Positions 42,298-52,223 of a stretch of DNA of 64,000 bases are shown here, one piece after another. The notes beneath the pieces were generated by a model. It ran no database searches. It saw only the letters and a program-made list of their open reading frames with translations, and was not told the DNA's origin. How positions within the stretch are numbered: position 1 is the stretch's first letter; each line of letters starts with the position of its first letter. The position numbers and the translations under genes are program-made. The DNA is from an uncultured delta proteobacterium (lineage in GTDB: Bacteria; Desulfobacterota; Binatia; UBA9968): the NCBI GenBank assembly GCA_963745835.1, contig CAVUZH010000019.1, positions 486,360-550,359 of the forward strand, written 5' to 3'.

Positions 42298-43197
42298 ATG
42301 GCAAAATTTATCATCCAGCCGCATGGCAGGCTCAACGATTGGGTCGCCGACGAAAAGGGCTATTTCCGTGAAGAAGGTCTCGATTATGAACTCAATGTAG
42401 AAGGAAGCCGCAAGAACACGCCCCCGCTCGCCACTGTACATGCAAGCGGATCACTCGCCAATAACTTTTTTGGCGCATTCGAGCGTTATGCCGAAGGACA
42501 CGGGCGCAAGGGGAAAAACGCAGGCGATGTCAGCTGCGCTTGTCACTGGACTATCAATCAGGCTGCGAAGATTGAAGAAGGCGTGATGTGGGCGAAGGCT
42601 TACAGCGTTTGTGAGGCGGCCATCGTGGTGCCGGCCGATTCCGGCGTATCCCAGCCCGTAGATCTGGCACGCAAAGAAATTGCCGTGGGGTATCATTCGG
42701 GAAGCCATTTCTCGGCGCTGCAAGCCTTAGAAGTTTTTTTGCCGCGGGAGGATATCGCGCTCAAGTTCGTCGGGACCTCCTGGTCGCGGGTCGATGCAGC
42801 TCTGGCTCGGAAAGTACCTGCGGTGAATGCCTGGGGACCGCAGCTGTACCTGTTGGAGCAGCATGGATTTCGGAGAATCGTTTCCACGACGTTCATGATG
42901 GCGTTTATGTATCCGCCTGCCGCGGATGAAGAAAACGTCAAGCGCTATATGCGCTCCCTGATCAGGGCACAAACCGATATCGATTTCGAACCGGAGCGGT
43001 ACAAGCACTACTTCATCAACGAGATTCCCGAACGCTTTCGCGATAAAGTCGACGTTCGGCGCTTCGGCGTCGGCGAGCGCGTAGTCCCGCAGATCTACAC
43101 CGAGGCAATCTTTGACAAGACCCAGGCTTGGCTGCGTGAGCGTAAACTTTTCGATGTCAGCTCGAATGCCGGCGTTTCAGGCAAAGAAGCGGTGTGA
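42298..43197 (+). CDS. SBP-fold protein without signal peptide, CACHW motif
   Basis: WVADEKGYFREEGLDYE, DVSCACHW, VGYHSGSHFS. Confidence 0.75.
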   Translation: MAKFIIQPHGRLNDWVADEKGYFREEGLDYELNVEGSRKNTPPLATVHASGSLANNFFGAFERYAEGHGRKGKNAGDVSCACHWTINQAAKIEEGVMWAKAYSVCEAAIVVPADSGVSQPVDLARKEIAVGYHSGSHFSALQALEVFLPREDIALKFVGTSWSRVDAALARKVPAVNAWGPQLYLLEQHGFRRIVSTTFMMAFMYPPAADEENVKRYMRSLIRAQTDIDFEPERYKHYFINEIPERFRDKVDVRRFGVGERVVPQIYTEAIFDKTQAWLRERKLFDVSSNAGVSGKEAV

Positions 43198-43340
43198 CCT
43201 TTTAAGGTTTTCACCGCATCACTCAGCTTTGCTCCCCTGGATTTCTTAAGGAATAGATATCGGTGGCAGGATCGATTGATGTGCTGGGAGGCCGCATTCG
43301 GCCAGCCTCCCAGGAACACGCTAAAATCTAATACGGGATA

Positions 43341-44162
43341 TTACCAATCCGGACGGTCGTGCGAACCTACACTGCCTTTGACTAAAACACCGACAGCCAA
43401 ACCTACCAGGCAGGAATAAATCGGATATTTTCGAATAAGGTTGCGCAGGTCTCCGGTGAATTCGTCCAGGTTTGTGTCGTGAATATAAGAACTCGCCGAA
43501 TGCCGGGTACTTGATAACCGGCCTACGGTTTCACCAGCCTTTTTTGTTAAATTTGCTCCCAATTCACTGGCACCGGCTTTCAGCTTAGCGGCCATGTCAC
43601 TGCCGCTGATGTGCTCTGCTTGGCGTTCGGCGGCGGCGCGCGTTTGCTGGTATCTTTCCCCAACCAATCCCAATAATTCATCTTTCTTTTGGCGGCCTAA
43701 TCTTTCCAAGTTGGCGGCGCCGTTAACGCCTTTTCCCAAGAAATAGCCCGCAGCGAGTCCTACTAAGGAGGCATAGATCGGGTATCTCTGAATCGCGCCG
43801 ATCAGGTCATCTAGCAGTTCGTTTCCGCTTCTGTCATGTAAATAGGCGCGGGCGGAATCCACCCTGCTCGATACGGCGCTGGACGCCTCTCTCGCTTTAC
43901 TTGATAAGTTCGATCCGAATTCGCTGGCGCCGGTTTTTAGCTTAGCTCCGATTCCTCCGCCGTCGCCGTATTCTCTCAAGCGTTGCTCTACCTCACGTTC
44001 CGCCTGTTCGCGCGTTTGTCCGTATTTCTCTTGGACTAGTCCCACCAACCGATCTTTTTGACCGCTGATTCTATCGAGATCATCATCAGTCAGTCTCCCC
44101 CACCAAGATTTCAGTGATCCGCGCAACTGCGTCCATTGCCCTGTGAAGACATCATCATTCAT
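43341..44162 (-). CDS. CsbD-family stress protein with duplicated ElaB/YqjD-like modules
   Basis: GQWTQLRG..K..WGRLTDDDL..I.G..D.LVGLVQEKYG; two YPIY..LVGLA.G repeats; GGAGGT RBS. Confidence 0.8.
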   Translation of the reverse strand: MNDDVFTGQWTQLRGSLKSWWGRLTDDDLDRISGQKDRLVGLVQEKYGQTREQAEREVEQRLREYGDGGGIGAKLKTGASEFGSNLSSKAREASSAVSSRVDSARAYLHDRSGNELLDDLIGAIQRYPIYASLVGLAAGYFLGKGVNGAANLERLGRQKKDELLGLVGERYQQTRAAAERQAEHISGSDMAAKLKAGASELGANLTKKAGETVGRLSSTRHSASSYIHDTNLDEFTGDLRNLIRKYPIYSCLVGLAVGVLVKGSVGSHDRPDW

Positions 44163-44215
44163 GGGAAAATACCTCCATTAGGATTTGCATAGGATGGTTC
44201 TAAGGCGTTTTCAGG

Positions 44216-44230
44216 GCAAACCATATGCCA
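44216..44230 (-). promoter_or_regulatory. sigma54 -24/-12 promoter for the csbD-like gene
   Basis: TGGCAT-ATGGT-TTGC, 53 nt upstream of the ATG. Confidence 0.75.
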
Positions 44231-44549
44231 TTGAACTGAGATAAAAATCCTGTGGATTCGGGGTTTTTTCAGAGCACCGTCCGAAATTTGAGACACAGAG
44301 CTCCGGCGTGTGCCAAAGGCGCGTCCCAGTGCGCTCCCACTCTCAAGTCGTGCTGTTTTAAATCTACAAAGACGATCAGCCGGTTAGATATGGGCTCACG
44401 TTTTCCGCTGGAGTTCACTACCCGCTGATAACGTCATTTGCGGCGTTAGGAAATGATTTGCGGTGTTTGTTGCCGTTAATATTGGATTGTAACCAGCGCA
44501 CAGCTTACAATTATCACGGTATTTGATTGTCAGCAGTTATGACTGCAGT

Positions 44550-46106
44550 TTAACTGTCGTTGATATCCGACCGATCGGATAAAGGCGGAAGCCAGACTTC
44601 GATCTTGCCCGGCGCGGCATGTTGGAATCTTCTGCCGTCACGCTCAAGCAGCTGCAGCGAGATCGGCAAGCCGCGTTTACGAAGTTCCGCCTCGATGAGA
44701 AACTTTACTGTATTAGCTTCTCTTCGATCACCGGGAAAAAAGAACCGAACATCTCCTCCGGTTCTGCCATTGGCAATCCTCGGATCCGGAAGCTCATAGC
44801 CCGCCGCTTGCAGCGCTTTAGCAATTTGCGCAATCACGGGCCGGTCTGTGTATTCCGGCGTGTGCACGAAAACTCGGGCACTTCCTCGCACTGTTTCCCT
44901 TGTTGGAGGCGCAAAACTCGGAAGAGGATCGAAAGCGCTCGCCATTAACGGGGCTGGCTGCTGATGCTCCTCGACTGATGCGGGAAAACTGGACTCATCA
45001 ATGTTCGCCTGGCCGATGGCGGATCGGTCGAGCTGTGCGTGATCGCCGACAGATCGGAAGTAAATCAGGGCAGCCACGGTGATAAGAACAAGAGCCAGGA
45101 ACAACAAGCGCGCACCTTGCGAACGAGAACGCCCCTGCTTCCCTTTCCGAGCTTCGTCAATGGCGAGAGCGGCATCGAATTCTTCTTGCCACGAATCTTC
45201 GTTCCCTGATTGCTCGTCACTAAGATAGAATTCTCCGGCTGGGTCGGACGGCAAATCGGCAGCGGGCAGATCGCTTTGTTGGATTTGGATTTTGAGATCT
45301 CGAGCAGCTTTATCGATGCGCTCAACTGAAACGGATTGTTCGAAAGCGCGGTAGGTAGCCAGGAGCGCATTATCGCAAACCGAACTGATCAGACGCGGAA
45401 TCCCTCTGGAATAATAACTGATCCGTTCTACTGCACTCCTATCAAACAGATCTTTCCCCTGGTACCCAGCCTTTTGCAGCATGAACTTTATGTAGCCATC
45501 CACCTCTTCCGGCTGCAAAGGCGACAGCTGAAGCCGGAGCGCAATCCGCTGCTGGAGAGCCGAGAAGTTTGCTTCAGAAAGCTTTGTTTCGAGCTCGGAC
45601 TGTCCGACCAAGACGATCTGCAGGAGCTTTTCCCGGTCAGCTTCAAGATTCGATAGCAGGCGCAATTGCTCGAGCAAATCGTCGCTTAGTGTTTGAGCCT
45701 CATCGATTAACAGCACCACGGTTCGTTGCTGTTTCAGCTCACGCTTTAAATGAGTCTCGAGCCGCCGCATCATGCCTTCGCTATCGGATCGTGGCGCATT
45801 GATGCCGCATTTGCTGAGGATCAGCCGCAGCATCGTTTTCCAGCTTATGCGAGGATCAAAGATGATTGCTGTTCGGGTATTCGGCGCCGCGCTGGCCACA
45901 AGCATCCTAAGCAGAGAGGTTTTTCCTGTGCCGGGTTCACCGATGACTGCAATCAGCCCCTTCCGGCATTGGACGCCGTAATGCAGGTTGGACAGGGCTT
46001 CCTGATGAGTCGAGCTCAGGTAAAAATTGCCGGGATCGGCGGCGACACTGAAGGGAAGTTTTGAAAAGCCGAAATGTTTCTCGTACATAGAATGTTTGCT
46101 GTCCAT
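44550..46106 (-). CDS. ExeA/GspA-type AAA ATPase with TM and C-terminal domain
   Basis: HFGF...PF, GEPGTGKT, LIDEAQ, EQLRLLSNLE, GIPRLI...CDNALL. Confidence 0.9.
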   Translation of the reverse strand: MDSKHSMYEKHFGFSKLPFSVAADPGNFYLSSTHQEALSNLHYGVQCRKGLIAVIGEPGTGKTSLLRMLVASAAPNTRTAIIFDPRISWKTMLRLILSKCGINAPRSDSEGMMRRLETHLKRELKQQRTVVLLIDEAQTLSDDLLEQLRLLSNLEADREKLLQIVLVGQSELETKLSEANFSALQQRIALRLQLSPLQPEEVDGYIKFMLQKAGYQGKDLFDRSAVERISYYSRGIPRLISSVCDNALLATYRAFEQSVSVERIDKAARDLKIQIQQSDLPAADLPSDPAGEFYLSDEQSGNEDSWQEEFDAALAIDEARKGKQGRSRSQGARLLFLALVLITVAALIYFRSVGDHAQLDRSAIGQANIDESSFPASVEEHQQPAPLMASAFDPLPSFAPPTRETVRGSARVFVHTPEYTDRPVIAQIAKALQAAGYELPDPRIANGRTGGDVRFFFPGDRREANTVKFLIEAELRKRGLPISLQLLERDGRRFQHAAPGKIEVWLPPLSDRSDINDS

Positions 46107-46381
46107 CCGAGCAGTCGGAAGGAGTACCTCCTCGCCAACGAATCTGATTACGGCAAAACCAGCGCAGCGCGGGCGGCAGTAACGTGCTGAATGCAGGAAG
46201 GTGGGAATTTAATCGCGCTTCGCTGTAAGAACCCGCAGTTCATCGCGGTACCGGTAAAATTTACCAGGAACAGTCGATCAGTCAAGAACAACCAGAGAAC
46301 AGCGCTGGCTTACTAGGATTTCAGAATAGGCTGAGTTCGTCCGAGGTGAATTGATTGTTGGCCGGAGCCTTGCTCGACCTT

Positions 46382-46753
46382 CTACTTGGCTCTTTGTGCT
46401 TTTTCTTTGCTCAAGCGACGGTAGGCTTCGCCGATCCAATACTGTGATTCTCTGTGAGCGTCCGGATCGTCATAGCCAAGAAAATACTCGTTGCAATCGA
46501 CTTCATCTGCGCCGATGATTTCAGTCTCGATAACATTATCGACGACGATGAGATGGTCGAACCGCTGCTCCATCCCGCGCACTTCGGTTCGGCCTCCCTC
46601 GCTGCCGCCGTGCTGTTCGACCAATGCCCAGCAAACAATCGCCCGCTCAAACATCGCAAGCTGGCCGCTTTCTGATTGCGCGCAATGAACCGCTTTCCAG
46701 CCTCTCTGTGCTGAGATAATCTGTTTGATCTTCAATTCTTTGTTCGAATTCAT
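46382..46753 (-). CDS. Hypothetical protein
   Basis: 123-aa ORF with AAGGA RBS; no family recognised. Confidence 0.55.
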   Translation of the reverse strand: MNSNKELKIKQIISAQRGWKAVHCAQSESGQLAMFERAIVCWALVEQHGGSEGGRTEVRGMEQRFDHLIVVDNVIETEIIGADEVDCNEYFLGYDDPDAHRESQYWIGEAYRRLSKEKAQRAK

Positions 46754-46900
46754 AAATCCTTTCGGAAAGACTCGCGCCGCTCTGCGATCCTGAGATCCTG
46801 CCGTAAACTGTCAGTGGTTCAGCGACTGTCGATCATGTCTGGTGAGACCCACGGAAGAATTCTAGCGCGGACATCAAGGTGAAGAGCGGCGCTCAACAAG

Positions 46901-47158
46901 CTAAAACTGCTGCAGTCCTCTTAACCTGCTATCGATATGGGCTCGGGCAAATTGGCGCATATATTCTTCAGCCTCCAGATGAGTTGTAAAACTGCGCTGG
47001 CTAATGAATTTCATTTCATGCCCGTCTTCAAAATCGATATGACCGCTCCATGTCCATGCAAAGGTGTTTGGATCTTTCTTCACTATGCCGACAAACGATT
47101 GATTGCGATGAGAATCCTTAATTCTATATCTCTGCCGGTCTTCTGGGCTGGTTTTCAT
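46901..47158 (-). CDS. Hypothetical protein
   Basis: AGGAG RBS before MKTSPEDRQRY. Confidence 0.55.
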   Translation of the reverse strand: MKTSPEDRQRYRIKDSHRNQSFVGIVKKDPNTFAWTWSGHIDFEDGHEMKFISQRSFTTHLEAEEYMRQFARAHIDSRLRGLQQF

Positions 47159-47344
47159 ACCACTCCTGTATGGGTTTGGCAGCCATAGCAAACGTCATGT
47201 CCGTTTCGCTGTGCCACACTGACAGATCTCATGTCCGTCTACATTTCTCAAGGTGCAAACGACTTTTCTGAAGTTTCGCCTTCCGGAGAGCACAGGCACT
47301 GACCGCTCCGATTGTGCTGGATTCCCCCGAAAACTCGCTTCCGG

Positions 47345-47992
47345 CTAGTACATTTTATCTTCGTGCACCCAACGATCGAGATTGTCGAAGTACTGGCGGC
47401 GCAAGATTAGACTCATCGCCACGGCCCGCGCCGCTCTCTCTTGCTTCTCCGGTGTCGTCGCGTATTTGACGAGAATCTCGAAAGGATAGTTGCCGTGTTC
47501 TTCTTCATCTTCATGAATTTTTTGGTACGGGCTTGTGACCCACGCCGGAACCGTGCCGACGTTCAGGCTTTTACCGATCAAATAGTCGGCAACACCTTCA
47601 CCCGCCATGGGAAAAGCGGCGATGCGCTCGACCGTCTCGGTTAATCCCTCGAAGGCATTGAACATAGCCATCTGCGCGGGCAGTGGCTTGTATTCATAGG
47701 GCACCACGCCTTTTGATTTGAGCGCTTCCTCGAGGTAACCGGCGTGAATGTATTCTTCGTGCACGGCTTCGGCAAGAGTCTTTTTGACGTCCAGTTCCGG
47801 CGTGCTCTTGAGCCATCCGCCAAAAATTTCGCCGGCGCGGATTTCGTTGAACAGACGGCTCTGCATGACTTTGATGCGTGCTTCGTCCGAGTCCAGCGGG
47901 ATGTAGCTGTACGCAGGCAGCTTGGTGTTCAGAGTTTCGCAGAAATCAGCGACTTGTCTCTCGAGCGTTTTTGCGAATTCACGACTATCCAT
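47345..47992 (-). CDS. Ferritin-like diiron-domain protein
   Basis: Paired E..ExxH motifs (NE, EEYIH, GE, EEEH); start at MDSREF. Confidence 0.75.
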   Translation of the reverse strand: MDSREFAKTLERQVADFCETLNTKLPAYSYIPLDSDEARIKVMQSRLFNEIRAGEIFGGWLKSTPELDVKKTLAEAVHEEYIHAGYLEEALKSKGVVPYEYKPLPAQMAMFNAFEGLTETVERIAAFPMAGEGVADYLIGKSLNVGTVPAWVTSPYQKIHEDEEEHGNYPFEILVKYATTPEKQERAARAVAMSLILRRQYFDNLDRWVHEDKMY

Positions 47993-48221
47993 CAGGTTAC
48001 CCCTAAACTTCCCGTGCCGGGCACGCAATTTAGTTCTTGTTATCAGGATTGTTGTGAAACGGTCAAGCAACACGCTCATGCGCATCGAGTTCGAGCTCTC
48101 GACAAGGCATTCCTGTGGAGTGTCCGGAAATTGGTCAGCGGTAAATTGCGAATGCCCCAAGATTGAGCCAGAGCGATTGTCGAAGTATCGCAAGACGCAG
48201 TGACAAGCCTTCCCTTACTAA

Positions 48222-48236
48222 TGGCATAGATGTTGC
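48222..48236 (+). promoter_or_regulatory. sigma54 -24/-12 promoter for katE
   Basis: TGGCAT-AGATG-TTGC, 72 nt upstream of the ATG. Confidence 0.75.
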
Positions 48237-48308
48237 GCAAAAAGTTGCCTCCTAGCCACAATCGATTATTTCACATCGTATTTAAGTTAACAAAACGAGG
48301 AGAAACTT

Positions 48309-50444
48309 ATGCCTAAAAAAAGCTCGTCCAAAGGCACGCGCCAAGGCCCTGCCAACGACCGAAAGAGTGTGCACTACGACGATCAGAATGTAACGATGGG
48401 CACCGGCGGAGAAACGCACCAGATTGCCGATGGCGAGAGACCTATACTGACTACCCAGCAAGGAATTCCTGTATCGGATGACCAAAATTCCCTCAAGATC
48501 GGAGCGCGCGGGCCGACCGCGCTCGAGGATTTTCACTTCCGCGAGAAGCTCTTCCACTTCGACCATGAGCGTATCCCCGAACGGGTGGTTCATGCCCGTG
48601 GTTTCGGAGCGCATGGCTATTTCGAGAACTACGAATCGCTGTCCGATATCACCAAAGCCGACCTGTTTCAGCGAGCAGGAGAGAAAACGCCGCTGTTCGT
48701 GCGTTTCTCGACGGTGGCTGGTAACAAAGGCTCGCCCGATCTGGCGCGCGACGTCCGCGGCTTTGCCGTAAAGATCTATAGCAAAGAAGGCAACTGGGAC
48801 ATTGTCGGCAACAACATCCCGGTTTTCTTCATTCAGGACGCCATCAAATTTCCGGATATCATTCATGCGGCGAAGCAAGAGCCGGATCGAGGATTCCCGC
48901 AAGCGCAGACAGCGCATGATAACTTCTGGGACTTCATATCCCTGACACCGGAAAGCATGCACATGGTCATGTGGATCATGTCGGATAGGACAATCCCTCG
49001 CTCATTTCGCTTTATGGAAGGTTTTGGTGTTCATACCTTCCGCTTTGTCAATGCCGATGGCAAGTCGACCTTTGTGAAATTCCATTGGAAGCCAAAGCTC
49101 GGCTTACAGTCGGTGGTTTGGAACGAGGCCGTAAAGATCAACGGCGCCGATCCCGATTTTCATCGACGCGATCTTTGGAACGCAATCCAGATGGGCGACT
49201 ACCCCGAATGGGAACTAGGGTTGCAGCTCTTCGATGAAGATTTCGCCGACAAGTTCGACTTCGATGTGCTCGATGCTACCAAGATCATTCCCGAGGAGGA
49301 CGTGCCGGTTCGGCGCGTCGGTCGACTCGTGCTCGACCGTTGTGTCGATAATTTCTTCGCCGAAACCGAGCAGGTCGCGTTTTGCACGCAGAACATCGTA
49401 CCTGGAATCGATTTTACGAACGATCCGTTGCTCCAGGGTCGGAACTTTTCGTACCTGGATACCCAACTCAAGCGGCTCGGCAGCCCCAACTTTACCCACA
49501 TTCCAATCAATGCGCCGAAGTGTCCATTTGCTCATTTTCAACAAGACGGGCAGATGGCCCTAGTCAATCCAAAAGGACGGGTAAACTACGAGCCGAATTC
49601 GTGGGAGGGCGAGGCGAGCGGTCCCCGTGAATCGCCCGATAAAGGCTTTCGATCTTTCCCTGACGAGGAGGAGGGCCAAAAACTTCGCATCCGGTCAGAG
49701 ACCTTCGCCGATCACTACAGCCAGGCAAGACAGTTCTATCTGAGCCAGACCGACACCGAACAGAATCACATTGCCAACGCCCTCATCTTCGAGCTCAGCA
49801 AAGTCGAACGGCTTGCCATTCGCGCGCGCATGGTCTCGCATCTCCTTAATATCGATTCAGGTTTAGCAAAACAGGTCGCCGACGGTTTGGGTCTTAAAGA
49901 AATGCCCAAACCGGCAGATGCCGCCAGGCCGACGCGCGAAGACCTAAAGAAGTCGCCGGCCTTGAGCATCCTGCTCAACGGCCCCAAGAGTTTTAAGGGA
50001 CGTAAGGTAGGCGCCCTCGTCACTGACGGCGTAGACATCAAGATCTTGGAATCGCTCAAATCCGCTTTGAAGAGCGAAGGCGCGCTGCTTGAAATTGTCG
50101 CGCCGAAGGTGGGTGGCGTTAAAGCCAGTGACGGTTCCTGGATCGAAGCTGCGCAGAAGATTGACGGCGGGCCATCCGTGCTTTACGACGCCGTCGCGCT
50201 GTTGCCGTCCGAAGACGGCGCAAAAGTGCTTGTGAAAGAACCGGCGGCGCGCGACTTCATCGCCGATGCTTTTGCACACATGAAGTTTGTCGGTTACACA
50301 GAAGGCGCCGTCAGTGTAATGATGCACGCCGGAGTGCCTGAAACCCGCGATAAGGGATTTATCGCGATCAAAGGTCAGGATGATTGTTCGACCTTTGTTG
50401 CGGCCTGCCGGCAGCTGCGCTTTTGGGACCGCGCCAAGATGTAA
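48309..50444 (+). CDS. katE: Large-subunit monofunctional catalase (HPII type)
   Basis: [34 protein letters not shown]-terminal DJ-1-like domain. Confidence 0.97.
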   Translation: MPKKSSSKGTRQGPANDRKSVHYDDQNVTMGTGGETHQIADGERPILTTQQGIPVSDDQNSLKIGARGPTALEDFHFREKLFHFDHERIPERVVHARGFGAHGYFENYESLSDITKADLFQRAGEKTPLFVRFSTVAGNKGSPDLARDVRGFAVKIYSKEGNWDIVGNNIPVFFIQDAIKFPDIIHAAKQEPDRGFPQAQTAHDNFWDFISLTPESMHMVMWIMSDRTIPRSFRFMEGFGVHTFRFVNADGKSTFVKFHWKPKLGLQSVVWNEAVKINGADPDFHRRDLWNAIQMGDYPEWELGLQLFDEDFADKFDFDVLDATKIIPEEDVPVRRVGRLVLDRCVDNFFAETEQVAFCTQNIVPGIDFTNDPLLQGRNFSYLDTQLKRLGSPNFTHIPINAPKCPFAHFQQDGQMALVNPKGRVNYEPNSWEGEASGPRESPDKGFRSFPDEEEGQKLRIRSETFADHYSQARQFYLSQTDTEQNHIANALIFELSKVERLAIRARMVSHLLNIDSGLAKQVADGLGLKEMPKPADAARPTREDLKKSPALSILLNGPKSFKGRKVGALVTDGVDIKILESLKSALKSEGALLEIVAPKVGGVKASDGSWIEAAQKIDGGPSVLYDAVALLPSEDGAKVLVKEPAARDFIADAFAHMKFVGYTEGAVSVMMHAGVPETRDKGFIAIKGQDDCSTFVAACRQLRFWDRAKM

Positions 50445-50511
50445 TCATCCCTTATCCCATGGATGATCTTTGCACATGAAGGTAGGACGATCCTTGCCTC
50501 TGCTCACGCTC

Positions 50512-50549
50512 CGGACTCCCGTTATCGCAGCAACGATAACGGGAGTCCG
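50512..50549. terminator. 16-bp perfect hairpin between convergent genes
   Basis: CGGACTCCCGTTATCG-cagcaa-CGATAACGGGAGTCCG. Confidence 0.65.
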
Positions 50550-50617
50550 TTCAAAACGTTGAAATAAACGCGGCGGGTAATCACGACTAAGCTAGTCTGG
50601 CGGTCGTGCTGCGGATC

Positions 50618-51415
50618 TCAGTAGTCAACCGGCTTGCGCGCAAAAAAGTTAACCCCCTGCACGTAAAGATCTTTCGACAATTTGGCTTTGGTTGACGTGC
50701 CTTCATAACAATCGAAGCGCTCGACGATCTTGCCATCCATCAACCCGGTGCTTTGACTCAACTCGTAAAGCTCGGCCTCCGGCAGAGCCCCGCCGATTCA
50801 GGCAACCCAGAGATTGATATCGCTGCGCGCATTGAGTGAGAGTTCGCGCTGCACGACAACGTCGGCAAGATAGAGGCGGCCGCCCGGCCGCAGGACCCGG
50901 TAGATCTCGCTGAATACCCTGCGTTTGTCGCAGGATAAATTCACCATCCCATTGGAAATCACAACATCGATCGTGCCGCTTTGCACCGACAATTCTTCGG
51001 CCATACCGCGGCGTATCTCAACATTCTGCCACACGCCGGTTTTGAGCGCGGCGCACTTCGCACGCTCGATCATGGCGGGCGTCATGTCGATGCCGATGGC
51101 GCGTCCCATGGCGCCCGTTCGTTTGGCCGCCAGGAGCAAATCCATGCCGGCGCCGCAGCCGACATCGAGAATTGTTTCACCCGGTATGATCGTTCCGATG
51201 CGATGAGGATTGCCGACGCCGGAAAAAGACGCGGTACATTCCGCTGGGATTGTTGCCAATTCATCTGGATTGTACCGGAGCATACGAGAAGCGTACTCCG
51301 GTCCTCGATGGAAATGAAAATTGCCGCTGGGCTCGCGGGCCAGCCGATCGTAGTTTTGGCTTACCTGTTTACGTAATCGCGCTATATCAAAGCCTCTCGG
51401 ACAACTAGCTGCCAT
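50618..51415 (-). CDS. ArsM-related SAM methyltransferase, probable selenoprotein (UGA at 50798-50800 read as Sec; 265 aa)
   Basis: LDVGCGAGMD; LWVA-U-IGGALPE continues 59 codons to ...GVNFFARKPVDY*; UGA at the W-x-x-C-I-x-G-A Cys position; SECIS-like hairpin follows. Confidence 0.8.
50767..50791 (-). promoter_or_regulatory. Bacterial SECIS-like hairpin
   Basis: GGGGCUC-U-GCC-GGA-GGC-C-GAGCUUU; the G-first apical loop begins 17 nt after the UGA. Confidence 0.65.
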
Positions 51416-51491
51416 CGTTTTTCTCGTTGGTCAAAGTTTCGGCACGGTGCTGTCGTTTCCCTAAGGTATCCCGTGCACTACGACCGACTGA

Positions 51492-51908
51492 TCAGAAGTA
51501 TTGACAATGGTCCGCTGTGAGCGCCTTTTCGTTTAAGAACCAGCCGGGGTCGACGATTCCATCTGCCTCCGGCATGAGGTCCGATGGCTTCACGCCAAAG
51601 GTTGAAGCAGCTAGCTCGCAGCCGTAGAGCTTTACGTTGCCGGTCGCTGCAAGCAGCTTCAGATAATCGTAAATCTCTGTCGGCTCACCATCATCGCTCA
51701 TGCGTTGTCGCAGCCATTCGAATTCGGAAGCATGCCGGCCGTCCATTGTGAGTGAGCGCGCCCCAGTTTCTGTCAGTGCGCGAACTGCCCAGAGCACGAA
51801 CAACACGTCCACTTTGACACCCTTCTTGGCTTGCACGTAGGCGAAGGTAAGCGGTGTAAGCATCTTGTCGTACCCGTCGTCACGAATTACGATAGCTAGT
51901 TTTTTCAT
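51492..51908 (-). CDS. DsrE/DsrF-like (DrsE-type) protein
   Basis: KKLAIV, V.VLF..WAVRAL, VKLYGCE.A; AAGGAG RBS. Confidence 0.75.
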   Translation of the reverse strand: MKKLAIVIRDDGYDKMLTPLTFAYVQAKKGVKVDVLFVLWAVRALTETGARSLTMDGRHASEFEWLRQRMSDDGEPTEIYDYLKLLAATGNVKLYGCELAASTFGVKPSDLMPEADGIVDPGWFLNEKALTADHCQYF

Positions 51909-51972
51909 AAAGACTCCTTCTTTCACCTGATCACATTCTCATGAGCTTCCTGGAACCTGTTCCGGCGTGGCG

Positions 51973-52221
51973 TTATCGGCGATCAAACCCCGTACTGGAT
52001 CGACTCGTAGCCGGGTTGATGTTGGCATCGTATGCCAGCATGCGCGCACTATTTGCGCGACGCATAAACGTCGAAGTTCCACCGGACATGTTAAGGCTAT
52101 CGCTTCTCTCGCTTGCCATGACTTTTGAAATACCTCGGTGCTTCCCGACTCGCTCGATCCACTGACGAATGTTGCCGTAGATTACCGCAAGCGCAAACAG
52201 TAAGAACGCGTCGACGCTCAT
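51973..52221 (-). CDS. Possible small membrane-anchored protein
   Basis: Fills the gap in the operon; hydrophobic N-terminus. Confidence 0.3.
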   Translation of the reverse strand: MSVDAFLLFALAVIYGNIRQWIERVGKHRGISKVMASERSDSLNMSGGTSTFMRRANSARMLAYDANINPATSRSSTGFDRR

Positions 52222-52223
52222 AT

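Noticed and set aside
47188-47203. Possible sigma54 promoter upstream of 47158
   Set aside because: The GG-to-GC spacing is 11 nt rather than the required 10.
47993-48193. 66-aa N-terminal extension of the ferritin-like ORF
   Set aside because: It is non-conserved-looking sequence in the divergent promoter region, and MDSREF is the more plausible start.
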